NCBI RefSeq assembly: GCF_009914755.1
Contig: NC_060935.1
Reading direction: 5' to 3' (one strand)
Origin: the human T2T-CHM13v2.0 reference genome, Homo sapiens
DNA length: 64,000 bases
Shown: positions 24,020 to 38,046 of the stretch, in pieces
Numbering within the stretch: the first letter of the stretch is position 1
How the letters are laid out: every line of letters begins with the position of its first letter
Program-made: the position numbers and the translations under genes
The notes under the pieces: generated by a model
The model's database searches: none
Seen by the model: the letters and a program-made list of their open reading frames with translations, nothing else
What the model was told of the DNA's origin: nothing

Positions 24020-26252
24020 GCAACAAAACATCAACCCTGGAGAGAAAGACTGACTACTCATTCTCTGACTCTCTGATTGCAGCACGGTGCCAGGCACAAT
24101 GGTGATTAAGACAGCTGCTCCCTGTTCTGTGTGGACACTTGTGGTCTAGACGGCAAGAGACAGACAAGTCAACACACTTCGGTGGTAAGACGCTGATAGA
24201 AGTCACACAAGGGACAGAAAGAAGTGGCACCTAATTGAAGTTATAGAGAAAGGTTCTCAGGGCAGAAGGAGTCCCATGGCAAAAGCTCACTGAACAACAA
24301 TAGCATGTGTGAAAATAAAGAAAGATAAGCTAAGGATCCACTATGAAATGGGAAAGGGAAGCAGTGAGGGAGGACTCTGATATGCCATGCTCAAAGTAGG
24401 ATCCATGAAAAAACCCTGCATGATAGGATTCTCAATCCTTTCCACCTTTACACACAGGACAGATGTAGTTCATATGCACTACACACACCCTTGAGCAAAC
24501 CCAGATTAGCAACTGCAGCATTCACTAAATAGACTGAGTTGCAGGCATTTCCGGGCCTCCTAGCTGCAATGATATCACTTTCTCCTTCATTTATGAATGC
24601 ATCTCAGAGGCCAAGTGGGTGAAATTGAATTGGCATAACCTTAAATAATCTCAGATTTCGCTTTCTAAATGCAAGTCTATTTAAAAATGCCCCTCTTTAA
24701 TTGAAGTAACTCGGTTTTTGCAACACAACCCATATTAACACTGATACTGTGGTGCATCACTGGTGTTGAGATCCACTCTATCAGATAGAATCATCCTTTA
24801 GCTCTTTGTTTTCCTTATATGTGCTTAGGAAATAGGGTGGTTGTGGAGATTCAGTGAAAGAGAAGTACCAATCCTGGCGCAGACAGAAATTATCCATAGC
24901 CTCATTTGCTGGCACCAATCAGGAGCAAACTTGGGGCAGAGGTGAATCAAGACAAGGTTTGGGTATGGGATGGTGTTTCAGTTCTACAGATACTACCACC
25001 GCCATGCCTTTTGCAGTAACGTGTAATTGTTCATCTCAAAGAGTTTTCCCCAGATGTCTAAACGTGATCCTTTTTATAAAAACTAAAGATCATGGTATAT
25101 CCCCTGCAAAAAAAAAATGTGTTTCAAAATCATTGGCAGCCCCTTTAAATATAGTCAATGACATTAAGTCAGGCTGGCGTCTTCTCTTGAGAGTTGACTT
25201 CTCCCCTTCCACTCCCATTTTGATTTTGATCAACACCTTTCACCTACTGCCCAAGGACAGCCATCACCAAAGCTCACAGACAGCCTCTGTTCTCCAGCAT
25301 AAGAATGTTTACATGCATTTCTACAGGCTGCCAGCATCCGGACTACTTCATCAGACCAGCATTCCTTTTGATTTGTTTAAGTGTTAGAAAAAGCTTGTCT
25401 AGCACATGCTTTTCAAAACAAGGACCATACTTGTAGGAAGGATATTCTCATGTGGAAGAAATTCCCACAGGGTACAGATCAGTTGGGAAATCTACCCAAA
25501 ATTATTTCTGTAACTTGTTCACTTTTTTCCACTCCTGGCTAAAGATAGAAACAAAATTTTAGGGATTAGCCAACTGATATATTTTAAAACAAAAATTTAA
25601 AACAAACAAAGCTGAGAGTATGGGTGTCATAAGGATGCTAACTTTCAGTTTCTCATCATTGACTCTGGAGAACAGCATGTCACACATCAGATTTTATGTA
25701 CACTTGAAGCTCCTCCAATTTATTTCTCAGTTAGTCTCACATATCAGCTCTTGTTCTGAATAAACACAGAGATCTTAGGCTGTCATCTCCAAAGGCTATA
25801 TGGCGGTACAAACACTATCCATTTCCTTTGGATGGTTTTTAGCAAAGAGACCTTTTCTTCATTCATGTATAGGTTTAAACTTGAAAGTAAATTTATAACT
25901 TTAAATTTGTAAGTTTACAGTGAAATTTTAACTATTCATAGCAACCCTTGAAAAGAGCTATGTAAACATTTGACCAAAGCAATTGCTCTTGAATTGCTTG
26001 AGGGCCTGGAGCAAAGACAAGATCCTGGGGCTATAGGTTTTTCTCTCCAGCCTCTTGGCTGCAGAACCTCTGGCTAAGACAACTCACCTTTGTAGGCCTA
26101 AATTTTCTTGTCTGTAAAAATGAGTACTATAGCATCAGTCCTATTTCACAAAATCATGAATATGGATCATATGAAAAAGTGTATGGGAAAGAATTCTACA
26201 ACCATAAAAATACAACATAAATATAGGACATCATTTTAAAACAATAACCATC

Positions 26253-26862
26253 TGTCATGGACTGAAGACTTGTGATCACACCAAAATCCATATGTTGAAG
26301 CCCTAATTCCCAATGTTATGGTATTTGGAGATGGGGCTTTTGGGAGGTAATAGCGATTGGATGAGGTCCTGAGGGTGAAGCCCTCATGATGGGACTAGTA
26401 TCCTTATAAGAAGAGATACCATTTCAGGAAGCACACAGAAGTCTCATGTGAGTATACAGCAAGACAGCAGCCACCTCGAAACCTAAAGAGGCCTTGAAAT
26501 GAAACCTAGTATATCAGCACCTTGATCTTGTACTTCTCAGCCCCTAGAACTATAAGAACATAGATTTCTGTTGTTTAAGCCACTCAGACTGTGGTACTGG
26601 TTGAGTAGACCAAATCCAAAAATCCAAAATCCAAAATGCTTCATAATTCAAAACTTTTTGAACACTCACATGGCACTCAAAGGATGTACTCATTGGAACA
26701 TTTCAGATTTTGGATTTTCAGATTAGCAATGTTCAACCAGTAAATGTAATGCAGATATTCCAAAAACAAAAAAATTCCAAAATTGGAAACACCGCTAGTC
26801 TCAAGCATTTCAGATAAAGGATAATCACCGTGTATTTTGTCTTTGCAGCCTGAGTTAAGACC
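26253..26862 (+). mobile_element. MaLR LTR (MLT1A/B-like) interrupted by a Tigger element
   Basis: Starts tgtcatggactgaa..atatgttgaagccctaa. Removing 26597-26834 restores ctgtggtattttgt..gcagcc. Confidence 0.8.
26597..26832 (-). mobile_element. Tigger4a/MER46-like non-autonomous DNA transposon (236 bp, TA TSD)
   Basis: Degenerate TIRs (ctggttgagta / taatcaccgtg) flanked by TA; internal ccaaaatccaaaatgct repeats. Confidence 0.8.
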
Positions 26863-27149
26863 CCATCAGAACTGCGTAATAGATATATAGACTGTTTTTA
26901 CTAGCAAACTTTGCAGTGGTATCTGAAACTCAAGAACGTGTTGGCTATAAATGGTTCTTACAGGTTCTCTTTAAAGGAATTGATAGAAAGGTTTGCAATC
27001 AACCCACCAGTGTGATAACATGATACTAAAATTTTATTAGGCCTTCATAATCTAAAACTTACTACTCAACCAACTTGGAATTTTTGGCAGTTTTTCTTGT
27101 AAAATGGCTGTAGATTACATTAGCGTGAACATTCAGAATGTTAACAGTA

Positions 27150-27460
27150 TTCATTTTTCACTCAGTCGACAAAATTTTACTGAGCATCTACTTTGTCTCA
27201 GGCATTAGTCTAAGCACTAAGCAGTAGTGATAAGTGAAGACAAGGTCCTTACTCTCAAACAAACAAGAAATTGCAGACAACAATAAATGTTACCCAGAAA
27301 ATAATACACAATAATGGAGTGTCAGGGAAGGGAGTTTCAATTCTATTTGGGTAGCTAAGGAAAGTCTCACTGAGATAACAGTTGAGCTGAGGACTATATG
27401 ACAAGAAAGCTTGTTCTGTGATGATCTGGGGCAGAAAAAAAAGAAAAACCATTAGGCAGA
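27150..27460 (-). mobile_element. L2 fragment
   Basis: tttactgagcatctactttgtctcaggca...gacaaggtccttactctca. Confidence 0.65.
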
Positions 27461-28705
27461 GTGATTCAAGTTAGTAAAGAGTAAAGGCTTTCCCAAAAGG
27501 AGCCCGGTGAATACAAAGCATCTACTGCACAATTTAATTCTACCACACCACTACCTAATACACCCCATCTCTCCTTCCTTCACTTAGTACCTAATTCTAG
27601 GCTCAGTCACTCTTCTCAGTGCGGGGAAATGGATAGGAGGGCACCCCAAGGAGGTTAGAGAGATAGTCCTGGGGTTAGAGGGGAGTGTTCACAGTTCTGC
27701 ATCTGAATACCACTCACATTTACTTAAGAGGCAGTGATGATTACTAGCCCCAGGTGTCCTGATTTGTAAATGTGGTTAAGGATTCCTTTCACTGGTCCGG
27801 TGCTGCCTGTTCTCTGAAAGGCAAGATGGGCTGCGTTCTGTTATAGCTTCTGTTTTATTAAAGGTTCTTTTGGTAGCAAGGAATGGAAAGCAATTCAAGC
27901 TAGTGTATATACAACAGTGGTGAAGACTCGGATTTTACAGGAGTCCAGAAAAGAGCTGAGGAACCAAGATTCAAAGACAAAAGTAGATGATTAGCCGGGC
28001 TTCTCTCACTCTCTCTCACCATCCCCCACCCCACTCCCTGTCTCTACCTCTCTCTCAATTCTGAGTCTCTGCTTTTCCCATATCCCCATGCATGTGGGCC
28101 CCTAATGGCTGACTTTGTCATTGTTACTTGATCTTTCAGGTCAACAGTCCTTCACAAACTTTCAACTTTCCAAAAGAAGGAATCTAATTGATTTAGCTGT
28201 TTGAACAAGGCCACTCAAATCACAGTTTACCAGCTTAAGTGGTCAAGTCACCTGTGTCCCAAATCAAAGTCACTCATCTGGGTCTGTGGGTGGGATGAAA
28301 TTTTCTGAACAGAAGCCAACACAAGTCCAGTGCATTAATTCTGACAGCAACAAGCCCAGTTGCTTCAAAACCTTGGGAAACCCTTGGTACTCGTACTTAG
28401 ACCCTCCCATGGTCATATCTAGTGTGCTTAAAATTTACACATTCCATATAAGAGTTTATGTAAACTATTTCACAACTGAGTTACAGCAAACTAGTATACA
28501 ATGTTACAATGAAATTATGTGCGGTTTCTTTTTTCTGTAATTCAGAGCTAAGAATTTCATTTTCAGAACATAAACATTTTATAGCCTCATTAAAAACTTA
28601 TAGGCACAAGGCATGGCCCAGAAACCAACCATTATCCCTGCAAAAAGAAGTAGCTCGTTGATTACTGTCAAATACTTAAATGTATTGGCTTTTAAAGAAT
28701 TGTTA

Positions 28706-29022
<317 letters not shown>

Positions 29023-30372
29023 TCATCCAATAGTGTGATAAACTCCCTATGAAAAGTATCCTCACTCACTTGTTTGTGTGTGACTTATATGCTGATGTAT
29101 GTGAATGCAGCCTGTGTTTATGTTGTCTTCTATGTTGTGTGTAAGCTATACTAGGAAAGCTCTGCAAATGCACCTAGAGGCTACTGTGAACGATGCACCC
29201 AAAAATAAAATCTAAAAATAACTAGGTAATAAATAACCATTTGCAGATGGGAATTGTTCTTGCAGTTTTCTAAACAACAGCAGGTTTCTTTAAGACATTA
29301 TGATATTTTCCTGATATTTCATTAGCTGTACTAAATCTTAAAAGGCAGATAATTTGAATAATGCATGATAAAACTAACTGGATCCTAATTAAAGATATTT
29401 TAAAGACAATATCGAACCATTGCTTTTATCTTAGAATAATTTCATGTATGCATATTCTTCTGTGTTAGTTAAAAGCACCAAAAGAGTGATTTCTGAGAGG
29501 CAGAGCATTCCAGCAATTATTTTAGAATCTTGCATTGACAAAAATGTTAAGGGCCACTCTTCAAAGTAATATCTTGATTACTTGTTCTATTTGTTCAGGT
29601 TCATTCAGAGAGAAAAAAATTCTTCAAAAGGAACAAACTAAAGCTAAAAAGTTCTCTATGGCCTTCTTTATTGCAGAAATATGTATGTGAGGAAGTTTCA
29701 GAATTTGCAGTGAGATACTTACTGAAAAATGTAAGGAGTATTAAGGATTCTTAGCAGGGTGACATACTAACCTTTACAAGACAATTAAAATAATATTAAT
29801 TAAGATTTAAGATCAATATGCACAAAATTAGCTTGATATGTGATCATCTGGAAGGGTTTTTCTATCCAGGACTCATGCAAAGTATTTGGTGCAATCATTC
29901 AAGGGAGCTCCAGTTTATATGGTCTTCTGCCACCACTAATGTGTATGTACTTAGTGGCCCGGCCATGTGCTTCAAATTTAGCTCAACAGAGTCCCAGTAC
30001 TAATAATATATTCAATAACATATTTAATTTTCTGCTCAAGATAGTGCTCATCAAATGGTGGACTGTGGCTCTGGTTTTAAGCTAAAAGAACAGTATAGTA
30101 TACTCTTCTCTCCAACTCTAAGGAAGTTATTGAATATTTCATTACTAAGTTGAATGTGATATATGAAAACATAATGATGTGACTAATTTATGTTGATATA
30201 TAAATTATAGGTTAAGAGCACAGACTCTAAAATCAGAAAAAAATCCATCAATTACTAGCTATATGACCTTGATTAAGTTTTCTGAAGTTTTCTAACTGTA
30301 GTGTTCTCATCTGCAAGATGATAATGATGATGCCTGCTTTCTAAGGTTGTTGTGAGAATTGGATAAGTTACA

Positions 30373-33026
30373 TGAAAGACAAAATGCAAAGGAGAATTGA
30401 GGAAATTATTTTATTTAGCCTACTACAACATGAAGAGCATCCATTAATGAGGATAGTCTCAAAGAAAAGGAAGGAAGCTTGTGTTTTATGGAGGCAGATA
30501 CATAAGGTGTTCACCCTGGAATCCTATGGGTGTTATAGGACAGATGATACGAAGAAGGATGGAGGTGGGCGTTAACTTCAAATATGGTGGAACAGGGTGG
30601 TCCTTTGCGGCTTTTCTTCTTATGGCTCTTTTCTGGGAACACAGAGCTCAGATAAACTCCAACATTGTCAGTCTTTTCCTTTTGTTCAAGACAAATGAAT
30701 GTCATTCTTCACTCAACATTCAACAACTCAGAAGCAATAATAAGCATCCTAGATGGGGTGAGGCAGGGTTAAAGAAATAGTCTCAATGGTTCTTATTGGC
30801 ATTGTTACTATAAAACTAGTTGAACCGGTCAGTTGTTTTAGAGGTCTGAGGTGAGGCATCTTAAAAGAGTGATGCCTAAACTAGAAAAGAGAAAATATTA
30901 GTAAAACAGGTGGCACTGAAAAGTCAGTTATTGAACCTAAGAGTAATCAGTGCAGCAGATTCTAAGAGGTTGCTGGAGGAAATCTTATGGTTATACAATA
31001 CCATTGGTTAAGTGTCTTGAAGCTCTTCAGGTAGAATGTGCATGTTCTTGGTGATACTGTCCACAGCCTTGCTTACTTTTCATAGTCTATGTGAAAATCC
31101 ATGGTTTTCTTAAATAATCAAGGATATAATTAAGTCAGCATAAACCATAGGTTAGTCTGTTAAGGCCTAAACAGAATCTTTGCTATTGAGGTAGATTACA
31201 CAGATGCTAAGGAATAACCATTTATTTTCTCTTATGAAGAGCAGACCAGTAATTTTAAAAATGCTACTTTAATGGAGAAAACTAAGTGCTAGTTTTCCAA
31301 CAGTATAATCTTTGATAGAATATTCTTTTTAAAAATGTTATAAATAAATCAAACTTTAGCCAGCTTTGGCTATGACAAATAAAATTCCTTTTCCAAAAGT
31401 CTTTTATACCTTTTTATAGCCATAGATATCCTTACAGCACAACTCTTCAAAGTGGTGAAAATGAACATGTTCATTAACAAACCCAAAAATATATAGCTTG
31501 TTTATAGCATATAAAAGTAAAAATAAAAAGCATACAAACTTAAAACTAAAATAAGTAATTGTTTTGATATGTTACTTAGAAATAATCTAGGAATCTAACA
31601 AGTAGCCCATAAGTAACTCAATTTATTATCAATTCAAGGTTTTAAGCTACCTAAAGATTTTGGAAATTATCTTCAAGCTAGCATACTAAAAAGTATAATT
31701 GCTAATGAAATAAAGTTTTATTCAATTGGTAAACACAAATAATTATTCAATTTGGTAAATACAAATTTATAATTTTATGACTTAAACACTAAGTAGAAGA
31801 AATATTAGCATAGTTACCAGTAAACCTGTAAAAGTTTAGGGAAAACATAACCAAGTAAAATAAAAATCTACATGAGTATTATAGTTAACATTGATAAATT
31901 ACATAAAACATGGCTGTTTTATTAAACTAAAAATATTAATGTCTCATTGGTGAAGCTTTGCCTAAATTATATGAGCTTGAAACCTTAAAACTTTTCTGAG
32001 TTAGTTTTTAGAAGGACACTTTTAAAATTTAGCACACTGAAAGTCTTAGAATTTCTGGCAATTTTAGGAATATTCCATTTATGAGCAATAATTTACCTCT
32101 AAGCCAATTAGAACAGAACTTTAAGAGATTTTATAATCAAATTTGGTAAAACCATCTAGAAGCAGGAAAATATTGTACTCTCATACAATGAGAGGTAAAA
32201 GCCTTTCTGAAACACAGACATAAACATATAAAGAGAGAGAAAAAGTTTATAGCCTCAACTCTAAAATTCAGTCATGGGTCAAGCATAAACACAGAAATAC
32301 AAAACTCACTAGTCCATGTTAAAGAGCTATTCTCATCTCAGTGGGTACAAGCTCTTGATTGATTTGTCCTCAAAATTGACATGTAGGCAAACACAAAAGA
32401 CTAACACACTAGAGTTTCTAACATCTTTCACCCAACAAAGACAAGATCTCTATAAATCATTCATTTCTTTACAGAGATCAGCAAATGCTCAGACCACAAA
32501 ATCAAAATAAGTGGGCACCAGAAATCAAGTGAATATCCAAAAAAGAAACAAAATCAAATCATTACCCTGCTACTGGTAGACAAGAGCCCACATCACAGGA
32601 CCAAAAGTCAGAATCATCACTGGGTCCTGAGTCCCAGATCACCAGTCAGGAGTGGACCACAAAGGGCTCCAAGACGCCTTACCTAAGAAGAGTAAGCAGG
32701 TACTCCCAAGACAAGGGCTGATCATATCCTGGTTACGGCACTAAACTGAGAAAGACAAGTGTACCAAAGAAGTGATTTTATTTAGACTACTGCAGTAGAG
32801 AGAATATTCATTAATGAGGAACATCTCAAAGAAAAGGAAGGGGGTCTGGGGTTTTTTAAAGACAGATAAGCAAGAGAGCCATCCAGGAGTTTTTGGAGTA
32901 ATGAGGAAGGATGGAGGTGGGTCTTAGCTTGAAATACACCAGCTCAGGGTGATCCTTATAGGGTAGGAGGATTTCTTCACCATTGCTGCTTTCTGGGAGC
33001 AAAGGACTCAAAATTCAACATTGTCA
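30373..33026 (-). mobile_element. Ancient internally deleted ERV1-class provirus (MER90/MER110-like LTRs at 30373-30670 and 32747-33026)
   Basis: Two diverged ~290-bp direct repeats, TG...CA on the minus strand. PBS-like TAGTGCCGTAACCAGGAT follows the 5' LTR and a purine tract AAAAGGAAAAGAC precedes the 3' LTR. Confidence 0.75.
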
Positions 33027-34571
33027 CATTGTCAGCTATATAAAATGTTTGTTCATAAAGAACAAAGTATTGGCAGTTGTTAGAGAGGGCAGCACACTTC
33101 GCAGTACACTTTTTATATTCTAACTGCCTAGGAGCAAATCATGACTATTGTTCACTAGCTATATGACTTTGGGAAAATATACAATCTCTGATTCTTATTT
33201 TTCTTACCAGTTCATTGGGCATTAAAACAGTAGCTTCACCATAAAGCTGTTGTGAAGATCAAATGCAGTAAAGATGAAAAATTCTGAGACCATAAGCTGG
33301 TGAGCTGTCATCAGCAATACTATTATCATCACCAGTTAGAACTAAATGAATGCCATAAGAAAGGAGATAATTGTTCTATTCCTAAAATCTATTTGACAAA
33401 GTAAACATTTTTATAACACAATGACTCACTTTTTTTATTTGCCAGGTTAGTTTGGTAATTTTAATAGAATTTTTGATAACTCTTAACTAAACATTTTGAT
33501 CACTTCATTAAGATGGGGGAATTTTTAATTTGTTTCTTCAAAAGAAATCTTTTTATTGCAGAGTAAATGGAAGATAAAATAATTAATTGAATATTAACAA
33601 AATAAAATTCAGAGAAAACTAAACGGTATTTCTCTGTGTTAACATCCATAATTCTGGTTTTTTCTACCCTATCTGATGCAAACTACCAAGACAACTGTCT
33701 GAGGATGGTTTGAAAAAATATATATTTTAAATCTTATCATCTTCTGTTTCTTTGGATGAGTGAAATAAATGGAAAGGAAATCTCACCAGATCAGAGTTTA
33801 TGTGGACATGGTACTGTGAGAGCAAAGGTTTTGCTATTGAAGAATAGCAAATAAAACAGGCCTATAAATTCCTTAACAATCATGTTAATTATCTTCCTCT
33901 ACCTGGACTTTAGAGTGCTTTGTCACAGGTTAAGCTACACCTTTTTCAGTTCTCAGTCTTCCACTGATGCTAGTAATTCTCTCTAATTAATGACCTTTAC
34001 AATATCAAGGAGGAAAATAATTTATGCTGAATTTCTTGACTGTCTACCTGTGACGAAGAAAAGTTTACAAAAGATGGGAGGTGGGCAAAGGTAAGTTGAA
34101 GAAGCATTTTTTGTCCTTTCAAGCTGTCTTTCAGCCATTTACTTCTGCATTGCGAAGAGGTATTACCTGCTTTCTAAAGGAAATCAAACAAATAGTCTTT
34201 GGCTAAGGAATCATTTAAATCATCCCCTACATTAAAATATAAGACAAGATAAAACTTGTATTCATTCCAAACACTCAGCGAAACAGGCAATTGTGGACAG
34301 CAGAGGTATAGCCTTAAGAAGCTTCAAATCTACCCAAATGGTTAGGAAGACAAGGCTAATCCTTATGTGATATAGCAGCAAATATTTAAGACAATGTATA
34401 CATTTGTGTGGTCTCTAAAATTAGATGGCCTTAGCTCAACTCTGATTCCGTCACTTGTAGGCCATGGGCAAATAACAACTATAAACTTCAGCTTCTTCAT
34501 CTAAAGAGTAAGAATAATGGAAGCATATACATTGCAGAATCGCTTTGAGGATTAAAAGAGAAAATTTAAGG

Positions 34572-35071
34572 ACAGTGTTGATCCTTGAACGACACAGGTT
34601 TGAACTGCGTGCGTCCACTTATATGGTGATGTTTTCCAATAATAGGACGAGTTTGTTTGCTTCTCCTGCCTCCCCTTCCACCTCCTCCACCTCTTCTGCC
34701 ACTGCCACCCCTAAGACAGCAAGACTAACCCCTTTTCTTTCTCCTCTTCCTCAGCCTACTCAGTGTGAAGAGGATGAGGATGAGGATGAAAATCTTTATG
34801 ATAATCCGGTTCCACTTAAGGAAGAGTAAATATATTTTCTCTTTTTTATGATTTTCTTAATAATATTTTCTTTGCTTACTTTCTTGTAGGTATATAATAT
34901 TTAATACATATAACATTCCAAATATATGTTGACTGTCTATATTATTGGTAAGGCTTCTGGTCAACAGTGGGCAATTAGTAGTTAAGTTTTGGGGGAGTCA
35001 AAATTATATACATGTTTTCCACTGTTTGGGGGTCGGCACCCCTAAGCCCTGTATTGTTTGAAGGTCAACTG
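34572..35071 (+). mobile_element. Tigger2a-like DNA transposon
   Basis: TIRs ttgatccttgaacgacac / gtattgtttgaaggtcaactg followed by TA; typical internal ctcagtgtgaagaggatgaggatgaa. Confidence 0.8.
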
Positions 35072-35530
35072 TAGTTAGCTCAGCTCCTGGCCCATGTTAA
35101 GTACTCTAATGGAAGTCAACCACAGTAGTAATGGTGGTAGTAAAATACTATATGAATAATATATATTATCAAGAATTTATACATAGGCTACATGCATAAC
35201 CTATAATTACTATATCTGAGAATATATAATTAAATAGAATTTATGGTGGTACAGATACAAATATTATAGGAAGTCAAAGGAAGGAAGAACAATGGGGATA
35301 TCAATGGACAGATTAATGCTCCTCGTACTATGACAAGTAAGCTCTTGATAAATGTTAGGTGCTTTCATTATCACCAGTATTGATCATAGTAGACTTCATA
35401 GAGGAGGTTAAACTTTAGCTGAACCTTAAGGAATGAGTGATATAAAGATTTCAAAAGAGTCTCTCATGTGACAACAGCAGCAAGAGGTAAGTCACTGATG
35501 TGGGAAAGTAACATGACAGAGTCCACTAAG

Positions 35531-36108
35531 GTAAAAGCAGAACTACTATTCAATCCTGCAATCCCATTACTGGGTATGTACCCAGAGGAATATAAATCAT
35601 TCTACCATAAAGACACATGCATGTGCATGTTCATTGCAACACTATTCACAACAGCAAAGACATGGAATCAACCTAAATGCCCATCAATGACAGATTGGAT
35701 AAAGAAAATGTGGTACATAAACACCATGGAATCCTATGCAGTCATAAAAAAGAATGAGATCATGTCTTTTGCAGGAACATGGATGGACCTGGAGGCCATT
35801 ATCTTCAGCAAACTAATGCAGGAACAGAAAAGCAAACACCACATGTTCTCACTTATAAGTGGGAGCTAAATGATAAGAACTTATGAACACAAAGAAGGAA
35901 ACAACAGACACTGGGGCCTACCTGAGTATGGAGGGTAGAAGGAGGAAGAAGGGCAGAAAAGATAAATATTGGGTACTGGGCTTAATTCCTGGGTGATGAA
36001 ATAATCTGTACAACAAACCCCTGTGACATGAGTTTACCTATGTAACAAACCTTAACGTGTACCCCTGAACGTAAAGTAAAAGTTAAAAAAATAAAATAAA
36101 ATAAATTT
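35531..36108 (+). mobile_element. Truncated older primate L1 (L1PA13-16/L1PB-like), ORF2 C-terminus plus 3'UTR
   Basis: Translation PAIPLLGMYP...WNQPKCPS; A-rich tail. Confidence 0.9.
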
Positions 36109-36235
36109 AGAGAAGAAAGAAAACATAAAGACAGCCAGTGGAGATGTGCTCTGATTTTCCTACCAACAAGTACTTATTATCATCCTATTATTAACAGCTA
36201 CTCTTCTTCATAGTGTTTATTTGATAGTTACTATG

Positions 36236-36458
36236 TGTAGTGGACTAAATGATGATACCACCCTCCCCCAAGTGATATGTCCATGTCCTAATCCTCTGAA
36301 TCTGTGAATATTACTTTATTTGGTAAAATGCTCTTTGCAGATGTAATCAAAGATCTCAAGATGAGGATCTCCACATTCTGGATCACCTGGGTGGCCTCTA
36401 ATGCCAATGAAATGTATCCTTATAAGAGAAACACAGCAAAGACACACACAGAGAAGGG
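36236..36458 (+). mobile_element. MLT1-family LTR, 5' half
   Basis: gatatgtccatgtcctaatcc..ctgtgaatattactttatttggtaaa..ctttgcagatgtaat. Confidence 0.7.
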
Positions 36459-37436
36459 CCTCTGTTGGGAGGGGCTGCCACAAAGGTCTCTAACATGCCC
36501 TGGAGACATTTTTCCCCTTGTCTTGGGGATTAACATTCTGCTCCTTGTTTCTTATGCAAATTTCTGCAGCCAGCTTGAATTTCTCCTCAGAAAATTAGAT
36601 TTTCTTTTCTATCACATTGTCAGGCTGCAAATTTTCTGAACTTTTATGCTCTATTTCCCTTTTAAAACTGAATGCCATTAACAGCACCCAAGTCAACTCT
36701 TGAATGCTTTGCTGCTTAGAAATTTCTTCCGCCACATACCCTAAGTCATGTCTCTCAAGTTCAAAGTTCCACAAATCTCTAGGGCAGGGGCAAAATGCCA
36801 CCAGTCTCTTTGCTAAAACATAACAAGAGTCACCATTGCTCCAGTTCCCAACAAATTCCTCATCTCCATCAGAGACCACCTCAGCCTGGATTTCATTGTC
36901 CATATCATTATCAGCAGTTTTATCAAAGCCATTCAACAAGTCGCTAGGGAGTTCCAAACTTTCCCACATTTTCCTGTCTTTTTCTGAGCCCTCCAAACTG
37001 TTCCAACCTCTGCCTGTTACTCAGTTCCAAAGTTACTTCCACATTTTCAGGTATCCTTTCAGTAGTACCCCACTCCTGGTACCAGTTTACTGTTTTAGTC
37101 CGTTTTCACACTGCTGATAAAGACATACCAGAGACTGGAAATTTACAAAGGAAAGAGGTTTAATAGAGAACTCACAGTTCCATGTGGCTGGGGAGGCCTA
37201 ACAATCGTGGCAGAAGGTGAAAGGCACATCTCACATGGCGGCAGACAAGAGAAGAGGGCTTGCGCAGAGAAACTCTGTGTTTTAAAAACCATCAGATCTC
37301 ATAAGACTTATTCACTATCATGAGAACAGCATGAGAAAACCTGCCCCCATGATTCAATTACCTCCCACTGGGTCCCTCCCACAAAACATGGAAATTCAAG
37401 ATGAGGTTTGGGTAGGAGCACAGCCAAACCATATCA
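36459..37436 (-). mobile_element. THE1 (THE1B-like) 5' LTR (37091-37436) plus ~630 bp of THE1 internal sequence
   Basis: Minus strand begins TGATATGGTTTGGCTGTG; the internal ORF MEGSEKDRKMWESLELP... is the typical MaLR ORF. Confidence 0.9.
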
Positions 37437-37679
37437 AGGTGGAAGGCCCAGATGAAAGGATAAGGAACTTAGTATTGTGGAGAGTCTAGAGAACACTGGG
37501 GAACATGAGGAAGAACAGCTTTGATGTGGCATTGGGGGCTGACTAAGATGATGGGTTAGCCTGAGCCTGAGTGGGCTTCCTAAAAACCAGAGTCAGAAGA
37601 AACTGGCTATAGGTGGACCAAATCAAAAAGGCTCAAATAACAGGAAAAGTCTAGACTCCCCCGCCTTGTTGCATCAGCT

Positions 37680-38046
37680 TGCTATAGACTTGATGCTTTT
37701 GTCTCCCTAAAATTATTTTAATGAAACCTAACCCCCAGTGTGAAAGCATTTGGAGATGGGGCTTTTAAAAGGTAATTAGATTATAAGGGCAGAGGCCCCA
37801 TAAATAGGATTAACATCCTTATTAAAAAGACCTGGAGACGTCCCTTCCTCCTACTGCCATATGAGGATGCAGCACAAATATGGTGGGTGTCTATAAATGA
37901 AGAAATGGGCTCTCACCAAAACCTGATCCTGCTGACACCCTGATCTCAAACTTCCAGCCTTCAGAACTGTGAGAAATAAAGGTCTGTTATTTATAAGTTA
38001 TTCAGTTTATAATATTTTGTTATAGCAGCCTGAGATGACTAAGACA
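37680..38046 (+). mobile_element. MaLR solo LTR (MLT1A-like)
   Basis: cttccagccttcagaactgtgagaaataaa...ttatagcagcc...gactaagaca. Confidence 0.8.

Noticed and set aside
24854-25387. 177-aa ORF
   Set aside because: GTG start, no recognisable domain or exon structure.
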